Shown here in pieces: positions 1 to 9,145 of a stretch of 64,000 nucleotides of DNA. The translations under genes and the position numbers were made by a program. The DNA is from Mycobacteriales bacterium. GTDB taxonomy: Bacteria; Actinomycetota; Actinomycetes; Mycobacteriales; QHCD01. Location of the stretch: assembly GCA_036267955.1 (NCBI GenBank), contig DATAVB010000086.1, positions 817 to 64,816 on the forward strand. The letters are read 5' to 3'. The notes below the pieces were generated by a model. It ran no database searches and had not been told where the DNA came from. It saw nothing but the letters and a program-made list of their open reading frames with translations. Position 1 is the stretch's first letter. Every line of letters begins with the position of its first letter.

Positions 1-168
1 ATAGCCGAAGAGGAAATAGAAGGCGACCGGCATGATCAGCGTGAAGATCAAGGTGCGCCGGTTGCGCAGCATCCGGCGGACCTCGAGCCGGACGAACGTC
101 AGGTTGAATCCACCCAGCGGCGGAACGCGCCGGTCGAGGTTGGGCATGGCAACTGGCTGGGCGCTCAT
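1..168 (-). CDS. ABC-2 type transporter permease, N-terminal fragment (gene continues off the left edge)
   Basis: Own reverse-strand translation gives MSAQPVAMPNLDRRVPPLGGFNLTFVRLEVRRMLRNRRTLIFTLIMPVAFYFLFGY. The ATG at 168-166 overlaps the TGA of the upstream ATPase gene (ATGA coupling). The N-terminus and first TM helix are typical of ABC-2 permeases. Confidence 0.6.
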   Translation of the reverse strand, partial: MSAQPVAMPNLDRRVPPLGGFNLTFVRLEVRRMLRNRRTLIFTLIMPVAFYFLFGY

Positions 169-1136
169 CGGGCACTCTCCATCGGTGCTGCGGTCGGTTC
201 GGTCAGCGCATCCGGGTCGGCCGCGGTGTCGCCGGTCAGGGCGATGAACGCGTCCTCGAGATTGCGTGCGGTTATTTCCAGGTCGCGGGCCTCGGTCCGG
301 GTGAGCAGGTAGCGCGCCACCGAGTCGGACTCCGCGGCCCGGATCAGCACCGTGTCGCCGCGGACCTCGACGCCCTCCACCCCGGGCAGACCGAGGAGTG
401 CCGATGGGTCGGCGCCGGGCAGCGTGGCCCGCACGACCCGACCGGAGGAGAGTTCCTTGATCTCCGCCGCGGTGCCGTCCGCGACGACCTCGCCCTCGCG
501 GATCAGCACGATCCGGTCGGCGTAGGCGTCCGCCTCTTCCAGATAGTGGGTGGCGAACAGGACCGTGCGGCCACGCTGGGTGTCCTCCCGGATCGCGGAC
601 CAGAAGTCGCGCCGGCCCACCACATCCATGCCGGTGGTCGGTTCGTCGAGCACCAGCAGCGCCGGGTCGGACAGCAGAGCCATCGCGAAACGCAGCCGCT
701 GCTGCTGACCGCCGGAGCATTTGCCGACCCGCCGGTCGGCGATCTCCCGGATGCCGGCCCGTTCCAGCACCTCGTTGACCGGCCTGGTGTTGACGAAAAG
801 TGTCGAGGTGAGTTCCACGGTCTCGCCCACGGTCAGGTCTTTCAGCAGCCCACCGGTCTGCATGACCGCGGCCACGAGACCGCGGGCGACGGCGTCGACC
901 GGCTTGAAGCCGAACACCTCGACCTGGCCGGAAGTCGGGGCGGACAGGCCGAGCATCATGTCAATCGTCGTGGTCTTGCCGGCCCCGTTCGGGCCGAGGA
1001 ACGCCACGATCTCCCCCGGCTCGACGGTGAGGTCGATGCCGTTGACTGCACGTACATTGCCGAATCTCTTGTGTAGGCCGTGCAACTCGAGCGCGGCGAC
1101 GGCGCCGGACTGCGAAGGTGTCAGGTTCATGGCCAT
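165..1136 (-). CDS. ABC transporter ATP-binding protein (ABC-2/DrrA-like exporter ATPase)
   Basis: Walker A GPNGAGKTT, signature CSGGQQQRL and Walker B LLVLDEPTTGMD are present. The start is trimmed to MAMNLTPSQ (M21 of the 343-aa track ORF). The gene is coupled to the downstream permease. Confidence 0.9.
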   Translation of the reverse strand: MAMNLTPSQSGAVAALELHGLHKRFGNVRAVNGIDLTVEPGEIVAFLGPNGAGKTTTIDMMLGLSAPTSGQVEVFGFKPVDAVARGLVAAVMQTGGLLKDLTVGETVELTSTLFVNTRPVNEVLERAGIREIADRRVGKCSGGQQQRLRFAMALLSDPALLVLDEPTTGMDVVGRRDFWSAIREDTQRGRTVLFATHYLEEADAYADRIVLIREGEVVADGTAAEIKELSSGRVVRATLPGADPSALLGLPGVEGVEVRGDTVLIRAAESDSVARYLLTRTEARDLEITARNLEDAFIALTGDTAADPDALTEPTAAPMESAR

Positions 1137-1563
1137 AACCCTGACAGAGCGGGGCGTTGGGCACATCGCTCGTTTGTCCTGAGAAGGGCGTGACAAATGT
1201 CAGACGGCCGGCGAACCGTCCACTGAGGAACTGAATGAGCCGACGACCTCGAGCCGCCGCTGCTGTCGAAGCCCCGATGGTGGACACGATCCCAGCCCTA
1301 CCGACCCGCCGCCAATGAGTTGCGGTTCGCAGCATCAGATGGCAATCTTTTGACTACGCCGGATCGCCTACAGCGAAGGGTGTTTAGCGTATCGATTGTC
1401 TTACGGGTGGCATTCAGCCTATTCCCGGGTACCCGGCGACTCATGAGTACCGCAAATCCTGTGAAGAGAGTGATTCTGCGTACAGGACGGCGGCCAAGGT
1501 GATCTACTCATGACCTGGACAGCATTCGATGTTGTCCGATGGCCCGACCTGTTGGGGGATGGG

Positions 1564-1773
1564 ATGAATACACAAGACCGTCTGATGACGCCCGGAGAGG
1601 TCGCCGCGATCTTCCGGGTCGATCCCAAGACTGTCACCCGTTGGGCTACCGCGGGACGGATCCACAGCATCCGTACGCCGGGTGGTCACCGTCGCTTTGC
1701 CGAGTCGGAGGTGCACGGTCTCCTGGCTCGTATGACGGGCGAGAGTGAGCGGCCGGTTCACGCCGCCTCCTGA
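1564..1773 (+). CDS. bldC: BldC-like small MerR/excisionase-type DNA-binding protein
   Basis: The sequence LMTPGEVAAIFRVDPKTVTRWATAGRIHSIRTPGGHRRFAESEV closely resembles my recollection of Streptomyces BldC (LLTPAEVATMFRVDPKTVTRWAKAGKLTSIRTLGGHRRYREAEV). The start was chosen at MNTQDR, with a GGGGGA RBS upstream. Confidence 0.8.
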   Translation: MNTQDRLMTPGEVAAIFRVDPKTVTRWATAGRIHSIRTPGGHRRFAESEVHGLLARMTGESERPVHAAS

Positions 1774-1870
1774 GCAGTGAGGGTCGTCAACGTCGACGGC
1801 CCGAGCTCTACGTCGGTGGGTGGTGGCCAGCAAGGGGGGTGCTGGCACCGACCGGCCCACAGAACGGTGC

Positions 1871-2521
1871 TCAGACCGCGCCGGCATCGTGTGCCAGCAG
1901 CGCCACCTGGACGCGGTTGGACAGCTCCAGCTTGGCCATGAGGCGCGACATGTGCGCCTTGACCGTGGCCACACTCATGAACAATTCCGCGCTGATGTCA
2001 GCGTTCGACTTACCCTGCCCGACCGCGATCGCGACCTCGCGTTCCCGGTCGCTGAGCCGCCCGAGCTGAGCCTGGGCGCGCAGCTGCCTGGTGTCGATCC
2101 CACTGTCGGCGACATGCTCGATCAGCGACCGCATCACGGTCGGGGACAGCATGGGCTCGCCCGCCGCGACCCGCCTGATCGCCTCGGCGATGTCGGCCGG
2201 CGGGGTGTCCTTCAGCAGGAATCCGCTGGCGCCCGCGCGCAGAGCGCGCAGCACGTACTCATCGGCGTCGAACGTCGTCAGCACGATGACCTGCGGTGCG
2301 CCCGTCCCGGTGAGCAGCAGTTCGGTGGTGGCCAGACCGTCCAGCTTCGGCATCCGGATGTCCATCAACACCACGTCCGGCTCGCTGCGTCGCACTGCCG
2401 CGACCGCTTCGCTACCGTCCGTGGCCTCCCCGACGATCTTGATGTCGTCGGTGCCGGACAGCATCATCGAGAGGCCGGCCCGGACCAGTGCGTCGTCATC
2501 GACGATCAGAACGCGAATCAT
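1871..2521 (-). CDS. Two-component response regulator, NarL/LuxR family
   Basis: A receiver domain (MIRVLIVDDD ... DVVLMDIRMP) and a C-terminal LuxR HTH (LSDREREVAIAVGQGKSNADISAELFMSVATVKAHMSRLMAKL) are present. The ATG at 2521 overlaps the kinase TGA (ATGA). Confidence 0.9.
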   Translation of the reverse strand: MIRVLIVDDDALVRAGLSMMLSGTDDIKIVGEATDGSEAVAAVRRSEPDVVLMDIRMPKLDGLATTELLLTGTGAPQVIVLTTFDADEYVLRALRAGASGFLLKDTPPADIAEAIRRVAAGEPMLSPTVMRSLIEHVADSGIDTRQLRAQAQLGRLSDREREVAIAVGQGKSNADISAELFMSVATVKAHMSRLMAKLELSNRVQVALLAHDAGAV

Positions 2522-3768
2522 GCCGGCCACGGTAGCCAGGTGTGCAGCAGAAACTCGCCTTCGCCGACCGGGCCGTGTTCGATCCGGCCGCTGGCGAGCG
2601 TGACCCGCTCCGTGAGCCCGATGAGGCCGCTGCCGGCGCCGGGCAGCTCGGCGACGTTGCTTCGGCCGACCGGCAAGGGATTCCGAATCTCGATGTCGAG
2701 CCCCGAATCCGGCGCCCCGGCGATGCAGACCCGCGCGAGCACCCCGGGGGCGTGTTTGCGCACGTTGGTCAGTCCCTCCTGGACGATCCGGTACGCGCTT
2801 CGCCCGACCGCGTCCGGAACGGCGGTAAGGTCCGCGATCTCGTCTTCCAGCTCGACCCGCATTCCGGCGGCCCGCGATTCGTCGATCAGACCGGGCAGAT
2901 CCGCCAGAGTCGGCTGCGGGCGCTCGGGTTGCCCACTATCCGGGCTCTCCCGCAGTACGCCGATCACCTCGCGGAGATCCTGTAATGCCTGGCGCGCACT
3001 GGCCCGGATGACCCCGGCGGCCCGGGCAATTTCGGCCGGCGGCGCGTCCGGTCGGAATTCCAATGCGCCGGCATGCAGGCTCAGCAGCGAAATCCGGTGA
3101 GCCAGCACGTCGTGCATCTCCCGGGCGATGCGTTCGCGCTCCAGATGCTGCGCCTGTTCGACCTTGAGCTGCTGGGCGGCCTCGGCCCGTTCGGCCCGCT
3201 CCCGCAAGGAGAGCAGCAACTGCCGGCGGGCTCGTACGAACATTCCACAGGCGACCACCGCGACGAGAAAGATGGTGCCAACCAGGATGCTGCCCCAATA
3301 GGACATGTTCTTGTCCGGGTGGACGGCGTACTGGGGTAACAGGCTCAGCAGCTCGAAAATCGTGATCGCGGCGACGATCGGAAACCGTCGGTGCACCGCC
3401 ACGGTGAACATCGCGATGATCGCCGCAGCGCCGGTGGTCTGGAATGCCAGCCCGGCGAGGGAAAGGACGATGGTCAGCGTCACCGGCCAGCGGCGGCGCA
3501 GCCACATCGTGAGAGCGGCCAGCGATCCCGCGACCAAATCGGCGATGACCAGGTAATGCTGCGACGGCACCGTGCCGTCGCTGCGTTCGGAAAACCAGAT
3601 CACCGGAATGCCACCGGCGGCGATCAGGAAGGCGATGACATCGACGACCCAGTCCCTTGTGGACCGGGGGAGCCGGTCGCCGTCGCTGTACGGTTCGGCG
3701 GTCAGGAGCGCAGGCAGCAGCCGGCGATACTCGATGCTGTGCCGGTGCGAGGCCGCCGTGCTGCTCAT
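2518..3768 (-). CDS. Sensor histidine kinase (HisKA_3 type, NarX/LiaS-like), multi-TM N-terminus
   Basis: An H-box REMHDVLAHRISLL and an HATPase region (GLTNVRKHAPG ... GSGLIGLTERV) are present, along with several hydrophobic helices. The start is trimmed to MSSTAASH (M28), leaving a 131-nt divergent intergenic region. Confidence 0.85.
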   Translation of the reverse strand: MSSTAASHRHSIEYRRLLPALLTAEPYSDGDRLPRSTRDWVVDVIAFLIAAGGIPVIWFSERSDGTVPSQHYLVIADLVAGSLAALTMWLRRRWPVTLTIVLSLAGLAFQTTGAAAIIAMFTVAVHRRFPIVAAITIFELLSLLPQYAVHPDKNMSYWGSILVGTIFLVAVVACGMFVRARRQLLLSLRERAERAEAAQQLKVEQAQHLERERIAREMHDVLAHRISLLSLHAGALEFRPDAPPAEIARAAGVIRASARQALQDLREVIGVLRESPDSGQPERPQPTLADLPGLIDESRAAGMRVELEDEIADLTAVPDAVGRSAYRIVQEGLTNVRKHAPGVLARVCIAGAPDSGLDIEIRNPLPVGRSNVAELPGAGSGLIGLTERVTLASGRIEHGPVGEGEFLLHTWLPWPA

Positions 3769-3899
3769 GTTGGCCAACACTACGGCGGTACGGCGGTGCC
3801 GCCCATAGACCAAAGTCGATCCGACCCTCGACGCTCGGCTACCGATCACCGACTCCCGCCCGACGCGCGCACCGGGTCGGCGCCGGCAGAGTGGCCGCC

Positions 3900-4817
3900 A
3901 TGATCACAGTCGAACAGCTCAGCAAGCGATACGGCTCGCACGTTGCCGTGAACGACGTCTCCTTCTCCTGCGAGCCGGGCACCGTCACCGGCTTCCTCGG
4001 CCCGAACGGGGCCGGCAAATCCACCACAATGCGGATGATCTGCGGGCTGACGAGGCCCTCGGCCGGTACGACGACCGTCAACGGGGTGCATTACCGGGAC
4101 CTGCCTGACCCGGGGCGCGCGGTCGGCGTACTGCTGGACGCCTCTGCGATGCACTCTGGCCGGACCGGCCGGGAGACGCTGACCCTCTCCGCCCAGGTCC
4201 TCGGGCTGGACCACCGGCGGGTCGACGAGCTGCTGGACCTCGTCGATCTGCGCGGCGCCGCACCCAAGAAGCGGGTCGGCAACTACTCCCTCGGCATGCG
4301 CCAGCGGCTGGGCATCGCGCACGCGCTGCTCGGCGACCCGGGCGTGCTGATCCTGGACGAGCCGGCGAACGGCCTGGACCCGGAGGGAATCTTCTGGATG
4401 CGCGGTCTGCTCCGCGACTTCGCCGACCGCGGCGGCACGGTGCTGCTGTCCTCGCACCTGCTGCACGAGGTCGAGGCCGTCGCCGACCGGCTGGTGGTGA
4501 TCGCCGGCGGGAAGATCGCCGCCCAGGGCACCAAGGACGAACTGCTGACCGCCTCCGGGATGGCGGTGCGGGCGCTCGACGACGTCGCCCTGCAGAAGGC
4601 ACTGGCCAACGCCGGGATCGCCGCCACCCGCTCGGCCGACGGGACCTTCCTCGTCGACGCGGAAGCGGAGGCGGTGGGTCGCGCGGCCGCTGCCGCCCAG
4701 GTTGTGCTCCTGGAATTGCGGCCGTCCGACGGTGGCGGCCTGGAGCAGCTGTTCCTCACCCTCACCTCCACCGAAGCCGCTTTGGCAGCCCGTAACGAGA
4801 CCAAGGAAGTTGCCTGA
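3900..4817 (+). CDS. ABC transporter ATP-binding protein
   Basis: The start is MITVEQLSKRYG. Walker A GPNGAGKST, signature YSLGMRQRL and Walker B VLILDEPANGLD are present. The gene is divergent from the NarL-type two-component system. Confidence 0.9.
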   Translation: MITVEQLSKRYGSHVAVNDVSFSCEPGTVTGFLGPNGAGKSTTMRMICGLTRPSAGTTTVNGVHYRDLPDPGRAVGVLLDASAMHSGRTGRETLTLSAQVLGLDHRRVDELLDLVDLRGAAPKKRVGNYSLGMRQRLGIAHALLGDPGVLILDEPANGLDPEGIFWMRGLLRDFADRGGTVLLSSHLLHEVEAVADRLVVIAGGKIAAQGTKDELLTASGMAVRALDDVALQKALANAGIAATRSADGTFLVDAEAEAVGRAAAAAQVVLLELRPSDGGGLEQLFLTLTSTEAALAARNETKEVA

Positions 4818-4818
4818 G

Positions 4819-5598
4819 ATGACCGCAACCACTCTGTCCGCCGTGTCGCCCACCCCGGCGCGGACGAAACGGGCATCGCTGCGCCGGCTGACCCTCATCG
4901 AGCTGCGCAAGATGGCCGACACCCGAGCCGGTATCGCCCTGCTCGCCGTCACCGTGCTGATCGCGGTGGTGATGATGCTGGTCCTCCCGTTCGCGTCGCA
5001 CGACTACGAACAGTCGCTGTCCTACTTCTTCCGCAACACGCTCATGCCGGTGGGGGCCCTGCTGCCGGTGCTGGGAATCCTCGCGGCGACAAGTGAATGG
5101 TCGCAGCGCACCGCGTTGAGCACGTTCACCCTCGTGCCGCATCGGGAACGGATCGCCGCGGCGAAGGTGTTCGCGGTCGTCCTGCTCGCGGTGCTCGCCA
5201 CCGCGCTCTGCCTGGTCACGGCGGCCCTCGCCAACCTGATCGGCCACGCGCAGGGCGCCAACGGTGGTTGGGAGTTGTCGGGCACGATCCTCGGCAACGG
5301 ATTGCTCAGCCAGCTTTTCGGAATGCTGATCGGCTTCTCCTTCGGGCTGCTGCTGATGAGCTCGCCGTTCGCTATCGTGGCTTACTTCCTCGTGCCGACC
5401 GTCATCCAGTTGCTCGGCGGCCTGGTGAACCAGCTGACCAAGCCGTTGCACTGGTTCGACCAGAGCGCGCTGACCAAGCTCTCCGACGAGCACGTCAGTG
5501 GAAAGTCGTGGGCGCAGATCGCCACGACGCTGGCGTTGTGGTTGCTTGTCCCGCTCGCGCTCGGTCTGATCAGACTCAACCGGCACGAGGTCAAGTAG
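4819..5598 (+). CDS. ABC-2 family transporter permease
   Basis: The ATG lies 1 nt after the ATPase stop. The product is a multi-TM hydrophobic protein (LIELRKMADTRAGIALLAVTVLIAVVMM...). Confidence 0.8.
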   Translation: MTATTLSAVSPTPARTKRASLRRLTLIELRKMADTRAGIALLAVTVLIAVVMMLVLPFASHDYEQSLSYFFRNTLMPVGALLPVLGILAATSEWSQRTALSTFTLVPHRERIAAAKVFAVVLLAVLATALCLVTAALANLIGHAQGANGGWELSGTILGNGLLSQLFGMLIGFSFGLLLMSSPFAIVAYFLVPTVIQLLGGLVNQLTKPLHWFDQSALTKLSDEHVSGKSWAQIATTLALWLLVPLALGLIRLNRHEVK

Positions 5599-5620
5599 CG
5601 GTACCGAGATCGACGTCAGG

Positions 5621-5658
5621 CGACCGGCGGTCCACCCATCCGGGTGGGCCGCCGGTCG
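5621..5658 (+). terminator. Intrinsic-terminator-like hairpin after the ABC-2 operon
   Basis: A 17-bp GC-rich stem (cgaccggcggtccaccc / gggtgggccgccggtcg) with a 4-nt loop is followed by gccgtttcc. Confidence 0.5.
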
Positions 5659-5706
5659 GCCGTTTCCGGACACGCAAGGCGCGTCTCCGGTGATGACAAC
5701 GATTTC

Positions 5707-5724
5707 TAGGCGAGCGTTCGCCTA
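5707..5724. promoter_or_regulatory. Operator-like palindrome upstream of the sugar ABC operon
   Basis: TAGGCGAGCGTTCGCCTA has 16 of 18 symmetric positions. It lies about 170 nt upstream of the first permease gene. Confidence 0.3.
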
Positions 5725-5890
5725 AAACCGGGCGAAGGAGCCGCAGAGCTCTTGATCTCCCGGAATTCTCCTGCCAGACTCCCCTAGCTGGATAACGCTT
5801 GCCGCTCGTGCCGGGGGAACGCGGACGGTCTGGCAGGGGAGGCTCGATGGCCTTGACGATGCGGGAAATCACGACCAGCCGGCGGGCGCC

Positions 5891-6832
5891 ATGGCCGCGG
5901 TAGCGCCCACCGCAACGGTGGCCAGGTCGGCGGCAACCAACGCTCCACCCGGCCGTTCGAAACGCCGACAACTCGGCACCGCGGCGTTCTTTCTCTTTCC
6001 CAGCCTCGTCGGCGTCCTGGTATTCCTGGTCGTGCCGGTAATTCTGGTAATCCTGCTGAGCTTCGTGCGCTGGGACCTGCTGAGTCCGCCGAAATTTGTC
6101 GGATTCTCGAACTTCACCGATCTCTTCCAGTACGACCAGGTCGGTCATTCACTGCTGGTCACGCTTTATTATGTCGTCCTCAACATCCCCATCCAGACGG
6201 TGATCGCGCTCGGTCTGGCCTTGATGCTCAACCGGAAGATGCCGGCGATGGGCTTCTTCCGGGTGCTCTACGTGCTGCCTTTCCTGGCGACCCCGGTGGC
6301 GATGGCCGTGGTGTGGAACTGGGTCTTCGACCCGAAGGTGGGCGTGATCAATTCGCTGCTGAGCCTGGTCGGCATCCATGGGCCGAGTTGGCTCGGCTCG
6401 TCCGCGTGGTCGATGCCGGTCATCGCCTTCGCCAACATCTGGCAGTACGCGGGTTACAACATGCTCTTTTTCCTGGCCGGTCTGCAGGCGATACCGAAAC
6501 AGCTGTACGAAGTGTCGGGGATGGACGGTGCCGGACGTATTCAGCAGTTTTTCCGGATCACCCTGCCGCTGCTCAACCCGACCCTGCTCTTCGTGCTGGT
6601 CACCGGTTTCATCGGCTCGTTCCAGGTCTTCGACATGGTCTATGTGCTGACCAACGGCGGGCCCGGCGACGCGACCGAGGTGATGAACCTCAAGATCTAC
6701 CAGTCCGCGTTCGTCGGTTTCCATATCGGCGAAGCCTGCGCCATGTCGGTGATCCTGTTCCTCATCATCCTGACCTTCACCATCGTCCAGTTCGCCTATT
6801 TCCGGCGGCGGACGACCTACGAGATGAACTGA
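5891..6832 (+). CDS. Carbohydrate ABC transporter permease (MalF/UgpA-like)
   Basis: The start region RRQLGTAAFFLFPSLVGVLVF is typical. The EAA-loop region reads EVSGMDGAGRIQQFFRITLPLL, and there are 6 predicted TM segments. Confidence 0.9.
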   Translation: MAAVAPTATVARSAATNAPPGRSKRRQLGTAAFFLFPSLVGVLVFLVVPVILVILLSFVRWDLLSPPKFVGFSNFTDLFQYDQVGHSLLVTLYYVVLNIPIQTVIALGLALMLNRKMPAMGFFRVLYVLPFLATPVAMAVVWNWVFDPKVGVINSLLSLVGIHGPSWLGSSAWSMPVIAFANIWQYAGYNMLFFLAGLQAIPKQLYEVSGMDGAGRIQQFFRITLPLLNPTLLFVLVTGFIGSFQVFDMVYVLTNGGPGDATEVMNLKIYQSAFVGFHIGEACAMSVILFLIILTFTIVQFAYFRRRTTYEMN

Positions 6833-6839
6833 GGTCGTC

Positions 6840-7679
6840 GTGGGACTCCTGCGTTTGGGTCGCTACGGGCGGCTCGGCATTTTCTACCTGATCCTGATCG
6901 CCGTTGCCGCGGTCTTCATCTGTCCGTACATCTTCGCCATCTTCGCCGCGTTCAAGCCGCTCAGTGGTGTGGTGAAGGACCGCGCCTGGGTGCCGCCCGG
7001 CCATTTCGACACCTCGAATTTCAGCGAGGTGCTGCACAGCCAACACTTCCTGACCTATCTGGGAAATACGGCCATGCTCGCGATCATCATCACGATCGGG
7101 CAGGTGCTGTTCTCGATGATGGGGGCGTACGCATTCGCCCGGATGAAGTTTCCCGGCCGTGACCTGCTGTTCTGGGTCTATCTTGCGACCCTGATGGTGC
7201 CCAACGTCGTGACCCTGGTGCCGATGTACATCATCATGAATCATCTGCACCTGCTCAACACCTATTGGGCGATCTTCCTGCCCTACGTCCTCGGCACGCC
7301 GTACGCCATCTTCCTGATGCGGCAGTTCTTCCTCACGATTCCCGAGGAGCTCATCGAGGCGGCCCGGTTGGACGGATGCGGTGAGCAACGCATCATGTGG
7401 CGGGTCGTGGTGCCGCTGTCCAAGCCGATCCTGCTGACGGCCGGGGTGATCGCCTTCGTCTTCGGTTGGAACAATTTCCTCTGGCCGCTGATCGTCACCG
7501 ACTCGACCTCGCTGCGGGTCGTCACGGTCGGCATCTCGAACCTGCAGTCCAACTTCACCGTCCAGTGGAATCTGGTGCTGGCCGGCTCGTTGATCGCGCT
7601 CGTGCCGATGTTGATCGTCTTCTCGATCTTCCAGAAATACATCGTCCGATCGATTCAGTTGACCGGCGTGAACAGGTAG
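6840..7679 (+). CDS. Carbohydrate ABC transporter permease (MalG/UgpE-like)
   Basis: The EAA motif EAARLDGCGEQRIMWRVVVPLSKP is present, and the gene pairs with the preceding permease. Confidence 0.9.
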   Translation: MGLLRLGRYGRLGIFYLILIAVAAVFICPYIFAIFAAFKPLSGVVKDRAWVPPGHFDTSNFSEVLHSQHFLTYLGNTAMLAIIITIGQVLFSMMGAYAFARMKFPGRDLLFWVYLATLMVPNVVTLVPMYIIMNHLHLLNTYWAIFLPYVLGTPYAIFLMRQFFLTIPEELIEAARLDGCGEQRIMWRVVVPLSKPILLTAGVIAFVFGWNNFLWPLIVTDSTSLRVVTVGISNLQSNFTVQWNLVLAGSLIALVPMLIVFSIFQKYIVRSIQLTGVNR

Positions 7680-7689
7680 GGGGAGGGCC

Positions 7690-9054
7690 ATGCGTTACAA
7701 GCGGGTACGACGTCGCGGCGCTGCCGGAATCCTCGCGACCGTGGCTTGTCTGGTGCTGGCCGGCTGCGCCCAGGGCTGGGGATTCGCCCCGTCGACAGCG
7801 AACGGCCGGGTCAATCTCACCTACGCGCTCTGGGACAACGTGCAACAGGTCGGCTATCAGAAGTCGATCGACCAGTTCGAGAAGCTGCATCCCAAGATCC
7901 ACGTCACGATCGAGCAGATTCCGTACGGCAGCTACCAGCCGAAACTGACCTCGGAATTCATCTCGCACAAGGGGCCGGACCTCTTCTGGGTGAACACGCC
8001 ATTCCTGGGCACCTGGATCAAGGACAAGGTCATGGTCGATATCGGGCCGAAGATCAAGGCCGACCACGTCGACCTGTCGCAGTACTATCCGGCGCTGGTG
8101 CAACTGCATCAGCACGACGGCAAGACGTACGGGCTGCCCAAGGACTGGGACACGATCGCGATCTATTACAACAAGGACTATTTCACCAAACACCATATCA
8201 AGGTGCCGGCGAAACTGACCTGGACGCCGGACGGGGGCGGCACGTTCATGCAGCTGCTGAAGGACACCACGATCGACACGCACGGCAACAATGCGAACTC
8301 GCCGAAATTCGACAAGAACAACATCGCCACCTACGGCATCAACAGTGCCAACGACATGCAGGGCTCGTACCTGAACTACCTGGAGATGAACGGCTCCGGG
8401 GTATTCCCCAAGGCGTATGACAACAAGGTCTCCTTCGACAATGCGAAGGGGGTCCAGACGTTCCAGTACCTGACCAATCTCATCAACAAATACCACGTCG
8501 CGGTGCCGGGGGCGGAGCTCGGACCGAACGCCGATGACTCCTCCGCGCTGCAGGTCTTCGCCCGCGGCGAAATGGCGATGTATCAGGCCGGCGACTGGAA
8601 TACCAACTCGATCACCCAGGGCGTGACGTTCAAGCTCGGCGTACTCCCACTGCCGACCGGCCCGACCGGGCGGGCCTCGGTCTTCAACGGGTTGATCGAC
8701 GCGATCAACACGCACAGCGCCCATCCGAAAGAGGCCTGGGAGCTGGAGAAATGGCTCGGTTCGGCGACCTCGGAGAAGATCATGGGCCAGGGCGGCTACA
8801 TCTGGCCGGCGATCAAGAGCCTGGACGTCTACATGCTGAAGGCCTGGCAGAAGAAGGGCCTGGATCTGCAGCCGTTCCTGGACGAGGCGCAGGGCCGGAC
8901 CGTCAACTGGCCGGTGAGTCCGGGGATGAACGAGGCGATCACCGACATGACCCGTGAACTGGGTCCGGCCTATCTGGGGTCGACCTCGGTGCCGGACAAG
9001 GTGCGCAGCGCGGCCAAGGTGGCCAACCACGACCTGATAACCGGCGCGCAATAA
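7690..9054 (+). CDS. Sugar ABC transporter substrate-binding lipoprotein
   Basis: A signal peptide with lipobox LVLAGCAQG is present. The sequence is SBP family-1-like, and a strong RBS GGGGGAGGG lies upstream. Confidence 0.9.
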   Translation: MRYKRVRRRGAAGILATVACLVLAGCAQGWGFAPSTANGRVNLTYALWDNVQQVGYQKSIDQFEKLHPKIHVTIEQIPYGSYQPKLTSEFISHKGPDLFWVNTPFLGTWIKDKVMVDIGPKIKADHVDLSQYYPALVQLHQHDGKTYGLPKDWDTIAIYYNKDYFTKHHIKVPAKLTWTPDGGGTFMQLLKDTTIDTHGNNANSPKFDKNNIATYGINSANDMQGSYLNYLEMNGSGVFPKAYDNKVSFDNAKGVQTFQYLTNLINKYHVAVPGAELGPNADDSSALQVFARGEMAMYQAGDWNTNSITQGVTFKLGVLPLPTGPTGRASVFNGLIDAINTHSAHPKEAWELEKWLGSATSEKIMGQGGYIWPAIKSLDVYMLKAWQKKGLDLQPFLDEAQGRTVNWPVSPGMNEAITDMTRELGPAYLGSTSVPDKVRSAAKVANHDLITGAQ

Positions 9055-9081
9055 CGGCTCTCTCCTTCGGTCTCTCTCCCT

Positions 9082-9145
9082 CGCCGATCTTGAAGTTATA
9101 GCCCCACATTTAGGACATCGATGGGCGATAACTTCAAGATCGGCG
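9082..9145. repeat. Long AT-rich perfect palindrome (18-bp arms, extendable to about 23 bp) between convergent genes; probable bidirectional terminator
   Basis: cgccgatcttgaagttat (9082-9099) is the exact reverse complement of ataacttcaagatcggcg (9128-9145). An inner gccc/gggc pairing extends the stem. The right arm overlaps the last codons and stop of the kinase gene. Confidence 0.6.

Noticed and set aside
3846-4952. 368-aa minus-strand ORF
   Set aside because: It is antisense to the ABC ATPase gene at 3900-4817 and is a shadow ORF.
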